From Planctomycetota bacterium (GTDB taxonomy: Bacteria > Planctomycetota > PLA2 > JAEUHO01): a stretch of 64,000 nt of DNA. Both the position numbers and the translations under genes were made by a program. Positions within the stretch are counted from its first letter, which is position 1; every line of letters starts with the position of its first letter. The notes below the pieces were generated by a model, which did not search any database, had not been told where the DNA came from, and saw only the letters and a program-made list of their open reading frames with translations. The stretch covers positions 2,452,691-2,516,690 of the forward strand of contig CBDCTJ010000007.1 of the NCBI GenBank assembly GCA_965222115.1, given 5' to 3'. This document shows positions 48,431-56,473 of the stretch, in pieces.

Positions 48431-49555
48431 TTAGAGCGGGAACGCGCCGCCCGTGTCTTCAATGTCGCCGCTGCGCTTGATCTGATCCATCAACGCGTCG
48501 CGCTGCTCACGGAGCTGGGCGGGCATCTCGTGCCACACGTCATCAAAGAGCGTCTCTACCGCCGGCTGGGGCGTGCTCTCAGCGGCTTCGACCGCCGCGG
48601 CGATGTCGGCCTGGATCGTTTCGGTAAGCTCCTTCTCCCAAGCCTCTGTCCAGAGCTTCTTCGTCTTGAGCCACGCACGGAAACGATCAATTGGGTCCTT
48701 CTTCTGCCAGGATTCGAATAGTTCTTTGGCTTGATAGCGGGACGGATCGTCACTTGACGAGTGGGGACCCATGCGGAAGGTCACCGTTTCGATCAGCGTG
48801 GGACCTTCTCCCTTTACTGCGCGTTCGCGAGCTTCCTTCGCGGCTTCGTACACTGCGAGCACGTCATTGCCATCGACACGCACGCCGCGCATGCCGTAGG
48901 CGATGGCCTTGTCGGCAAACGTTGTGGACGCGGTCTGTTGTTCCTGGGGAACTGAGATCGCCCAGTGGTTGTTCTCACACATGAACACGCACGGCGATTT
49001 CCATACACCCGCGAAATTGAGCCCCGCATGGAAGTCGTTGGATGACGTTCCACCATCGCCAAACCATGCCCACACGACTTTCTTGTCGCCGCGAATCTGT
49101 GCCGCACGCGCTGCACCTGCGGCCTGGCTAATCTGCGTGCCGATGGGCGAACTGATGCTTACCCAGTTGATATCGGGTATCGCAAAGTGGTTGGGCATCT
49201 GGCGACCCTTGACGAGGTCGGTGGCATTGCCCCAAAGTTGGTCGTAGAGCACCTTAAGTGGCACGTTCTTGAGCAGTGCGATCGAATGCGTGCGATACGA
49301 CGGGAAGAGTACGTCCTCATCGCCAAATGCATAGGCGGCACCAATCTGGCTCGCTTCCTGGCCTTTCGAGGGCACGAAAAATCCGATTCTGCCCTGACGC
49401 TGAAGGTTCATGCCCCGCTGATCAAAGAGGCGCGTCATCAGCATGGCGCGAAAGAGGGACTTGAAATCCTCGTCCTTGAGGCCCGCAGGCGCGCGGCCCT
49501 TGGCCTTTCCCTTCGCTTCCATGACCGAGTGCATAGGTGGGGGTGCCGTGGTCAT
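48431..49555 (-). CDS. 2-oxoacid dehydrogenase E1 component alpha subunit, paralog 1
   Basis: TPP-binding GDGGTSSNDFHAGLNFAGVWKSPCVFMCENNHWAISVP, FRMGPHSSSDDP; start at ATG 49555 (MTTAPPP) with AGGAG upstream. Confidence 0.8.
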   Translation of the reverse strand: MTTAPPPMHSVMEAKGKAKGRAPAGLKDEDFKSLFRAMLMTRLFDQRGMNLQRQGRIGFFVPSKGQEASQIGAAYAFGDEDVLFPSYRTHSIALLKNVPLKVLYDQLWGNATDLVKGRQMPNHFAIPDINWVSISSPIGTQISQAAGAARAAQIRGDKKVVWAWFGDGGTSSNDFHAGLNFAGVWKSPCVFMCENNHWAISVPQEQQTASTTFADKAIAYGMRGVRVDGNDVLAVYEAAKEARERAVKGEGPTLIETVTFRMGPHSSSDDPSRYQAKELFESWQKKDPIDRFRAWLKTKKLWTEAWEKELTETIQADIAAAVEAAESTPQPAVETLFDDVWHEMPAQLREQRDALMDQIKRSGDIEDTGGAFPL

Positions 49556-49649
49556 GAAAACTCCTCTTTCGTGTGTCTCCGTCGCAACGAACAACCCGAG
49601 AGACGCCAAGCGAACGCGAAGGATACGCCGTCTCGAACTCGCCTCCAAG

Positions 49650-49715
49650 CGGCGTAGGTAGACCTACTCGCATTTGATTGCTATATGCAAATAAATCGAT
49701 CAAAGTGTACTTGTC
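49650..49715. promoter_or_regulatory. candidate operator/promoter upstream of the 2-oxoacid dehydrogenase operon
   Basis: Perfect palindrome GTAGGT-ag-ACCTAC (49655..49668) followed by an AT-rich imperfect palindrome ATTTGATTGC-TATAT-GCAAATAAAT, a conspicuous low-GC island in the divergent intergenic region. Confidence 0.3.
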
Positions 49716-49895
49716 TGTTGCCCAGCAAGGCACCACGCGCCGTACAGACAGCCCAAAAAATGGGGAGATGCGTGCATTCGATGGCGCTTTGAGGGTCGTC
49801 CGTGCGTACTACGATGCCGACGTCTTTTTGGAGTCTACACCTTGCCGTCACCATACTTACAGCGGTTCGTGCACGCTCAACGCACCCGCCTGGCA

Positions 49896-50360
49896 ATGAG
49901 CTGCTTCCTGGCCCTATTGCTTGTGGCTTGCGGCGGGAATGACACGTCCCTTTCCCGCGAAACAAGCAAATCGATGTCGGGCACCAAGACACCCGCACAG
50001 GTGCTAACGCGCCTCCGCACGGTCCTGAAGGACGGCCAAGGGCTGGCCAACGCGAATTGGCAGGAAGACATCGAAGCGGTAGTCAATGCCCTATGGCCCG
50101 ATGCGCCCACCTCCGAGCCCGCCATGCTGCACCGTCGATTGAGCATGATTACGGCCGACACAGCGCGCTGGCTTGCCCGCGGCAATGACGCGCGCATTGA
50201 ATGGGAATTGAGATACCCGCTCGACGTCGCCATTCACGATGGATATCTGAAAGCGACCGGCATGGGCCCGGATGCGTACAAGGCGTGGTGCACCAGTGAA
50301 GGTGCCATGCTGCTCGACAAGAAGATTCGCGAGCAGATGCGCGAAGCCAAGAATCGATAG
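49896..50360 (+). CDS. lipoprotein, unknown function
   Basis: Signal peptide and lipobox MSCFLALLLVACGGN from ATG 49896 (track ORF opens at TTG 49842). Confidence 0.4.
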   Translation: MSCFLALLLVACGGNDTSLSRETSKSMSGTKTPAQVLTRLRTVLKDGQGLANANWQEDIEAVVNALWPDAPTSEPAMLHRRLSMITADTARWLARGNDARIEWELRYPLDVAIHDGYLKATGMGPDAYKAWCTSEGAMLLDKKIREQMREAKNR

Positions 50361-50401
50361 ACTCGGTTTGCCAATCTTAGTCATGTCTGGCGGGGGCAAT
50401 C

Positions 50402-50947
50402 ATGTTTGAAGCATTTCGAGAAGACGAATGGGCGAACGCGCTTTCGTGGTACGACTATCTGAAGACGGTTAAGACGAAAGAAGACATTTGGGCGAGCTAT
50501 GAGAAGCGCGCACGTGTGTCAGAACTAGCAGCATCACGATTGAAGGCACTGCCCGGGAGACGTAGGGCGCTGGTGTTGACCGAAGATTGGTGCGGCGACG
50601 CAGCGCGTTCCGTGCCACAGCTTCAAGCCATCTTTGATGCGACGGATCTCGTTGAGGCGCGGTACTTGTTGTCGGACGATCATCCAGATGTACTTTCGCG
50701 CTACACGTCGCACGGCGGTCGTGCTATTCCGATGTGCATCATTCAAGACGAGAAGAACAACGTGTTGGGTGTGTGGGGGCCACGACCGGCAGCGTTGCAG
50801 ACAGTCATGCGGGCACGCAAAGTTGAGTTGGGGCCTTCGACGAAGGAGAATTTGGCCGAGTGGTACTCGCCTATTCTGGCGTGGTATGCGAAAGACAAGG
50901 GCGAGGCGGTGACGGATGAGATTCTGTTGGTTTTGGAGCGGGGGTAA
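50402..50947 (+). CDS. thioredoxin-fold protein (single-Cys variant)
   Basis: Thioredoxin-like region ALVLTEDWCGDAARSVPQL with only one Cys where CxxC would sit; ~180 aa. Confidence 0.45.
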   Translation: MFEAFREDEWANALSWYDYLKTVKTKEDIWASYEKRARVSELAASRLKALPGRRRALVLTEDWCGDAARSVPQLQAIFDATDLVEARYLLSDDHPDVLSRYTSHGGRAIPMCIIQDEKNNVLGVWGPRPAALQTVMRARKVELGPSTKENLAEWYSPILAWYAKDKGEAVTDEILLVLERG

Positions 50948-51037
50948 TGGTTGATTGATGATCCCGCAAGTTCTATCGTCGAGACGGACTCCTACTCGTG
51001 CTACTGGTTCGAGCGAACAAGTGCCGAGCATCAATCT

Positions 51038-52459
51038 CTAGTCGATAATCTCAAGTCGGACAAGAGCCTCTGCTTCGCCGCCCGCTCTATTCAGAATGAG
51101 ATCTGCACGACCCACTGGCACACCTGGCATCGGAGGAATAGTGAATGTGGCTCGCGTGGGCGAATGGACCGTGAGCACATAGTCGCGAGCCTCCCCACTG
51201 TCTGGGTGGCTACTGTCGAATGGGAATAGCACTGCGACATTGACGGTTGTGTCGAACTTGAAACCCTCGAGGCTTACAACCGCTCCCGCTGCGCGGCTCA
51301 CGGCACGTGGCGAGATGCTGGTAATCGACACTCCACGTGGTTTGACATCGATCCTGTCCTGGATGTCCTTGGAGCCAGAAATGCAAAGGGCGAGAGTCTG
51401 GCCGAACTGGAATGGCGTGCTCGACTTCAAAGTGGATTCAGTCTGTCCAGCTACGTGAGAGTCCGATGCAAGGTTCGTTATTTTGTCACCTTGTGCGTTC
51501 ATGCTCCAGAGTTCGAACGATGTCGAAGGTGGGCCGACGATTCTGATCGTGGTCTCGCCCACAAGGGCAGGCCATATGAAATAAGGAGACGCCTCATCGG
51601 ACTCGAGCACATCATTCCTCACTGTCTGTTGCTCATCCGCACGCCCATCGCCATCCGTGTCGCGAACACGCAAGTCTTCGAAGACTGTACCTACCATCGC
51701 GGGGTCATCACGATAGAGGCAAAGGCACTTGTCCGCCGTGTTGAACTCGATGACTCTGGTCTCCTTAAGCTCGTGCGTCTTTGTTGAGTCGAGAAAAACT
51801 GTCGCTGACAGGGCGTCGGGAACCCTGTCACCATTCCTGTCTGTCACGCGGCGAATTTCGTAGTTGCGCGTGTCGAACACGTAGCACTCCCCTGAGATAG
51901 TAGGAGCCACGCTTGTCCAGCGTGCTCCTCCTGCAGGCGGGCTCGGATCCTCAATCGTAGCAACCAACTCATTTGCGGTGAAATGTCCGTCGTCGTTGGC
52001 GTCCCTGTAGTATTCAAGTCGGCCCTGGATGACTCCCACGATCTCAACATCGCCAACGATGCCGAGCAACAATCGGTCATCCGTCGATCGGTTGTACACG
52101 ACGAATTCGTGAATCAGCGTGTAGTCAGTGGCAAGGGACGTTGGATTCTGTGGAGGCAACGAATGGGGTGCGCATTCGATCGTTGATGCACCTACTAGAA
52201 AATAATCCGCCTCAACTGCGGCACCGTGTGGATCTAGGATGCCAAACTGCATACCAAGGAGCGGAATTACGACTTCTGATGAGGTTGGCGGCAATGCTGC
52301 CTGGGCATTGAACGGCACCCACGGCGTATACACATCTGTTTCGTCTAGATGCGGATCATCGGCTGAGGATCCGCAGGAGACGAGCATGATCGCGCATACC
52401 AGGCCGACAGCCAGTCGGTACGCGTACGAGATTAGGGACTTAGACATACCGCGCTTCAT
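51038..52459 (-). CDS. lipoprotein with Ca-binding-like and Ig/TIG-like regions, unknown function
   Basis: Signal peptide and lipobox (LAVGLVCAIMLVSCGSS) from ATG 52459; DTDGDGRAD-type acidic loop; beta-rich C-terminus; lower GC (~52-54%) than flanks. Confidence 0.5.
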   Translation of the reverse strand: MKRGMSKSLISYAYRLAVGLVCAIMLVSCGSSADDPHLDETDVYTPWVPFNAQAALPPTSSEVVIPLLGMQFGILDPHGAAVEADYFLVGASTIECAPHSLPPQNPTSLATDYTLIHEFVVYNRSTDDRLLLGIVGDVEIVGVIQGRLEYYRDANDDGHFTANELVATIEDPSPPAGGARWTSVAPTISGECYVFDTRNYEIRRVTDRNGDRVPDALSATVFLDSTKTHELKETRVIEFNTADKCLCLYRDDPAMVGTVFEDLRVRDTDGDGRADEQQTVRNDVLESDEASPYFIWPALVGETTIRIVGPPSTSFELWSMNAQGDKITNLASDSHVAGQTESTLKSSTPFQFGQTLALCISGSKDIQDRIDVKPRGVSITSISPRAVSRAAGAVVSLEGFKFDTTVNVAVLFPFDSSHPDSGEARDYVLTVHSPTRATFTIPPMPGVPVGRADLILNRAGGEAEALVRLEIID

Positions 52460-52696
52460 CGTATCAATCGGAGAGGCGATGTACGGATCGATTGTGAATC
52501 TCGCGGGCGACAAATTGGCGGACTGATGTTCGACCATGAACGAATAGGGTCAGGCAACAGATTAGGATTCGGATTCAGACGCGGAAAGAGTTTGTGGTCA
52601 CATTGTCTCCTTCCTGCACAATCTCCTTCGAAGTGATTCAGCACGCAATCATTCGCGTCGAGTTACGGTGTAGATGACTCATCGTAGGAGCAGGGT

Positions 52697-53659
52697 ATGC
52701 ACCGACTCATAACCTTCGTCCGCGCGAGCCTAGATCTCTTCGTCAAGACCCTCGCGATCTTCGCATTGGCGAACGTGTTGATCGCGGCCGTAGCGCCGTC
52801 CTACGCCTGCAACTGGTTGTGGATTCAGGGATCGCCGGTGCCGTCGGGTCTGGTGACGCTCATTCTGATTGGCTTCGGCCTGAGTACTTTGTTGAGAACA
52901 AAGGCCGCGCGAGGGTTTACGTTCGCAGTTGCGGGGATCTGCTTGCTGGATGCAATCTCGTATTGGTCATTGCTTGACCGCGGCGAGATCCAATCGTCCG
53001 TCGGCGTGCCCATGAGTGCTGGTATTGCGGCGCTCCTGCTGGGAGGTGTCGTCTTTCCGCGCATGGTCATACGAGGGCGTGCGCGTCGGTGGCTGGGGCG
53101 GGTTGCGGTTGTCGCCGCGGTGTCGATGATGCTGGTCAGTTGCGTGTGGGTGCATTTGACCTGCTTTGGTGAAAGTAACTACCGACGCGAGGCCGACGCC
53201 GCGGTGGTGTTTGGGTGCAAGGTGAATGTCGATGGACGGCCAAGCGGCGCGCTGCTCGATCGCACGCGCACTGCCTGCGATCTATACAACCGAGGACTTG
53301 TTTCGCAGTTGGTGTTTTCCGGTGGACACACGCCCGGCACGGCGTTGAGTGAACCCGAGTGCATGAAACGCATCGCGGTGCGTGCCGGCGTACCGGAGCA
53401 TGCAATTGTGCTCGACCTCAAAGGCGCAACCACGAGGGATACGCTGGATGAAGTCGCGCGCCTGTCCAAGCACAACGATTGGACGCGCGTTCTCATGGTG
53501 AGCCACGACTATCACTTGGCGCGCATCAAGCTCGCTTGCAAACGACGTGGGATCGCTGGCTATACCGTTCCCGCAGTCGAAACGGTTCCGTGGCCCGGTA
53601 AGCCCTTGGCCGTCATGCGTGAGATTACCGCGTTCGGGTGGTACGTAATTAAGGCGTAG
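52697..53659 (+). CDS. membrane protein with C-terminal DUF218 (ElyC/SanA/YdcF-like) domain
   Basis: Four N-terminal TM segments then AVVFGCKVNVDGRPSGALLDRTRTACDLYNRGLVSQLVFSGG, typical of DUF218. Confidence 0.6.
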   Translation: MHRLITFVRASLDLFVKTLAIFALANVLIAAVAPSYACNWLWIQGSPVPSGLVTLILIGFGLSTLLRTKAARGFTFAVAGICLLDAISYWSLLDRGEIQSSVGVPMSAGIAALLLGGVVFPRMVIRGRARRWLGRVAVVAAVSMMLVSCVWVHLTCFGESNYRREADAAVVFGCKVNVDGRPSGALLDRTRTACDLYNRGLVSQLVFSGGHTPGTALSEPECMKRIAVRAGVPEHAIVLDLKGATTRDTLDEVARLSKHNDWTRVLMVSHDYHLARIKLACKRRGIAGYTVPAVETVPWPGKPLAVMREITAFGWYVIKA

Positions 53660-54776
53660 TCTCAAGTCTGCGCGACACGTGTGCACGCATGGCTTTGTGG
53701 GCATCGGCGAGCGAAAACTGTTCTACCAGTCGATCGAATAGCGCTTGTCCCAACGCCGCATGGGCTCCAGGGGCTTGACTGAGCACTAGCATGAGACGAT
53801 TTCGAAGTGCTTGCATGTCGCCCGCTGGAACGGTGTTGCCTAGATCACCCAAGACTTCGGGTATTCCGCCGGCATTCGAGGCGACGATTGGTCGCTTTGC
53901 GGCCATGGCCTCCAAGAGCACCATGCCAAAACCCTCCTCGTGGCTGGGATGCACAAACACGTCAAAGGCGCGCATGAACTTGTGCGCCTCGGGGATGTGT
54001 CCCATCCACGTTACGCGGTTGGCAATGCCGAGCCGCCCTGCTTGGGCCTCAAGCGCTTCGCGTTCTGGGCCGTCTCCCAGGATGACCAACTGCGACTCTC
54101 GAAATTCGTCGCTGCTCAAGGCGTCGAGCAACGTGTGGATGCCCTTGCCGGGAACGAGGCGTGACACTACGCCCAGTATGCGCCCATCAAACTCGTCAAT
54201 TCCCAGTGCCGCGCGAGCTTCTTCGCGATCGAGCTGCGCGTTTCGAATGGCTTCTACATCCAACGCGTTGGGAATGATCTCGATTCGATCCTTGTCGATG
54301 CCGTGTTCGATGAGATCGGTTTGCACGGCGTTGGAAATGGCCACGAATGACCAGCGATCATCGAGAAACTTGCGAACGCGTGTCTTTCTACGACGTTTGC
54401 GCATGGTCCCACGACCATGCACGACGACGATGCCGGTCTTGTACTCACTAGCCAGCGCGCGACTCGCGAGAATGGCGCCACGCATGCGATGGGCAATTAT
54501 GCAATCGAACGGTTGCTTATTCGTATGTACCTCAAGGGCCTCGCGCATGGCGCGTTCGAGCACAGTCCGCCGCGATCCCTTGAGGTTCGCTTTCTGCGCA
54601 TTCAGGCAGATGCCTTCCCTTTGCGCACCTTTGCCTTCCTGATGGGGGGCGAGCAAGTAAAGCGGGAGCGAGGCGTATTCTGGCGGCGCGAACGCATCGA
54701 GCAGTCGATACGCCAAGTTGTTTACATCGGGATCGTACCGAAACGAAATGTGCAGGATGTGGGGTGGCTTAGACAC
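53649..54776 (-). CDS. glycosyltransferase family 4
   Basis: GT4 C-terminal EX7E region FVHPSHEEGFGMVLLEAMAAKRPIVASNAGGIPEV; GTG start at 54776 overlapping the upstream GT9 stop. Confidence 0.75.
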   Translation of the reverse strand: MSKPPHILHISFRYDPDVNNLAYRLLDAFAPPEYASLPLYLLAPHQEGKGAQREGICLNAQKANLKGSRRTVLERAMREALEVHTNKQPFDCIIAHRMRGAILASRALASEYKTGIVVVHGRGTMRKRRRKTRVRKFLDDRWSFVAISNAVQTDLIEHGIDKDRIEIIPNALDVEAIRNAQLDREEARAALGIDEFDGRILGVVSRLVPGKGIHTLLDALSSDEFRESQLVILGDGPEREALEAQAGRLGIANRVTWMGHIPEAHKFMRAFDVFVHPSHEEGFGMVLLEAMAAKRPIVASNAGGIPEVLGDLGNTVPAGDMQALRNRLMLVLSQAPGAHAALGQALFDRLVEQFSLADAHKAMRAHVSRRLETTP

Positions 54777-55659
54777 GGTGCAGCAATCGGTGGAGTGCTC
54801 TGTGAACGCGCAAGGCACTCAGGTTGAACTTCCATTGCTTCACACCCATGCGTGTGGGCAGTGAAAAGCGCGGCGCCACGACTTCACCCGGTGCAAAGGC
54901 GGGTCGCCAATAGCACGCACTGCTCTGTTTTCGGAAGATCGAGAGCGTGGGGGTCCCCAGCGCGGAGGCAAGGTGACCCACGCCTGAGTCGACGGCGACG
55001 AGTGCGCGAACTGACGCGAGAACGCGTGCGAGATCCATGAGCGTAGGCGTGGGTGCGACGTTGATGTCGGCTCCGAGCGCAGATTTCAATGCGTCAACCT
55101 GTTCGTGCGCCGCGATCCACTCGACATCGAAGCCATCGTCGGCTAGTCGATTACTCAATCGACGATAGCCGGTCATGCGCCAGTCCTTTACCTTGTGGGC
55201 GCTCATGGGATGGATCGCAATCACATTTGCGCGTCGCGTATCCCAATTGGGTGGTGCATTGATGCCGGACGTGTAGGGCTCTTCGAGCCCAAACCCCCAA
55301 GCCTGGATCATGCGCGCGCTGAGGCTTGCCAAGTGATGCACGGTTCGATTGCCGTAGCGCTTGCGATAAAGAATGCGCTGATCGTTCGGTGGTAGATCCG
55401 CCTCCGCAGAAACGTAGCTCTTGCTGCCCACGAATACGCGTCCAGATGAATGGACGATGGCTTGCAGGGATTCGCCGAGGGGCGTGGGCTCAATCGTGTG
55501 GTTCGGGTAGAGTGCCGCGGTAGGCAGGAGTGCGTTTGAGTAGACCACCGACGCATGGCCGAGGTCGCGCGCACGTTCGGCCATCGCCATGGTGAGCACT
55601 GCGTCGCCCAGCCCCTGCGCGCAGAGAAATTGAATCGGAGGCGACGATTCGTTCGTCAT
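54769..55659 (-). CDS. glycosyltransferase family 9 (heptosyltransferase-like)
   Basis: N-terminal GLGDAVLT and C-terminal DSGVGHLASALGTPTLSIF resemble WaaC/WaaF-type motifs; shorter (296 aa) than typical. Confidence 0.6.
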   Translation of the reverse strand: MTNESSPPIQFLCAQGLGDAVLTMAMAERARDLGHASVVYSNALLPTAALYPNHTIEPTPLGESLQAIVHSSGRVFVGSKSYVSAEADLPPNDQRILYRKRYGNRTVHHLASLSARMIQAWGFGLEEPYTSGINAPPNWDTRRANVIAIHPMSAHKVKDWRMTGYRRLSNRLADDGFDVEWIAAHEQVDALKSALGADINVAPTPTLMDLARVLASVRALVAVDSGVGHLASALGTPTLSIFRKQSSACYWRPAFAPGEVVAPRFSLPTRMGVKQWKFNLSALRVHRALHRLLHRV

Positions 55660-55759
55660 GGCACACGCCGATGAGCACGCGACGCCTCAAAGGCGGGCGT
55701 CGCGAAACTCAAGATCAAGCGCTGAGCGGCAGTGTTGAGGTGCGGGTTGAGGTGCTGAG

Positions 55760-55987
55760 TTAGCGACCGCGCGGGCGACACACGCGGCGCTCGGTCTCGT
55801 TGCAACCGGGCCAGTTGGTCGTGTAGGTGCCGTCGAGAATGTCGCACTCTTTGTAGTAGCCCCAGCCGTCTTCACAGCGCGCGCAACATCCGGTCATCGC
55901 ACCGCCGAGCAGCGCGAGAACGAGAACGCAGACTGTCTTGCCAATGAATGCTCTGCCTAGGAATGCTTGGTTGAACATGGACCGCAT
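55760..55987 (-). CDS. small secreted Cys-rich lipoprotein (75 aa)
   Basis: MRSMFNQAFLGRAFIGKTVCVLVLALLGGAMTGCCARCEDGWGYYKECDILDGTYTTNWPGCNETERRVCRPRGR; signal peptide, lipobox MTGC, six further Cys. Confidence 0.35.
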   Translation of the reverse strand: MRSMFNQAFLGRAFIGKTVCVLVLALLGGAMTGCCARCEDGWGYYKECDILDGTYTTNWPGCNETERRVCRPRGR

Positions 55988-56125
55988 CGGTGCCTCCTCC
56001 GAAGTAGGCCTGCAGCAATGAAACCGCCGCCTATCTATGCCCTTCGGCTGGATTTGGTCCCGACCAAAGCCCGTTTGCCCATTGCCAGCGTCCATTTCCC
56101 CATTATTGGGGTGTCTTGAGGCTAC

Positions 56126-56434
56126 CTACGCCTTTTCCATGGACGCCACGAGTGGAAATCCACGGGGTCGGGCCAGCGAGCGAACTTGCTCCACATAGAG
56201 CTCGGCGCGCTCAAAATTCGTAACCACGATCAGCGCCGACCCGGTGTGATGAATCTCATAGGTGAGCCGCACGGCCTCGGCCTGGGCTTTGTGGAAGATC
56301 TTCTTGAGCAAGGAAATGACGAACTCGATCGTGGTCACGTCGTCGTCGTGGAGCAAGACCTTCCACTGTGGCGCAAGAGCGGTTTTCTCTTCCGTTTCCG
56401 ACTCGGGGACCAGGACCGGGGCTTCAGTACTCAC
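56126..56434 (-). CDS. clpS: ATP-dependent Clp protease adaptor ClpS
   Basis: WKVLLHDDDVTTIEFVISLLKKIF...EIHHTGSALIVV matches the recalled E. coli ClpS core ([24 protein letters not shown]). Confidence 0.85.
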   Translation of the reverse strand: MSTEAPVLVPESETEEKTALAPQWKVLLHDDDVTTIEFVISLLKKIFHKAQAEAVRLTYEIHHTGSALIVVTNFERAELYVEQVRSLARPRGFPLVASMEKA

Positions 56435-56473
56435 GCCACCGACTATAGCGGATTGGGGGCCCTGGTGGGGAAA

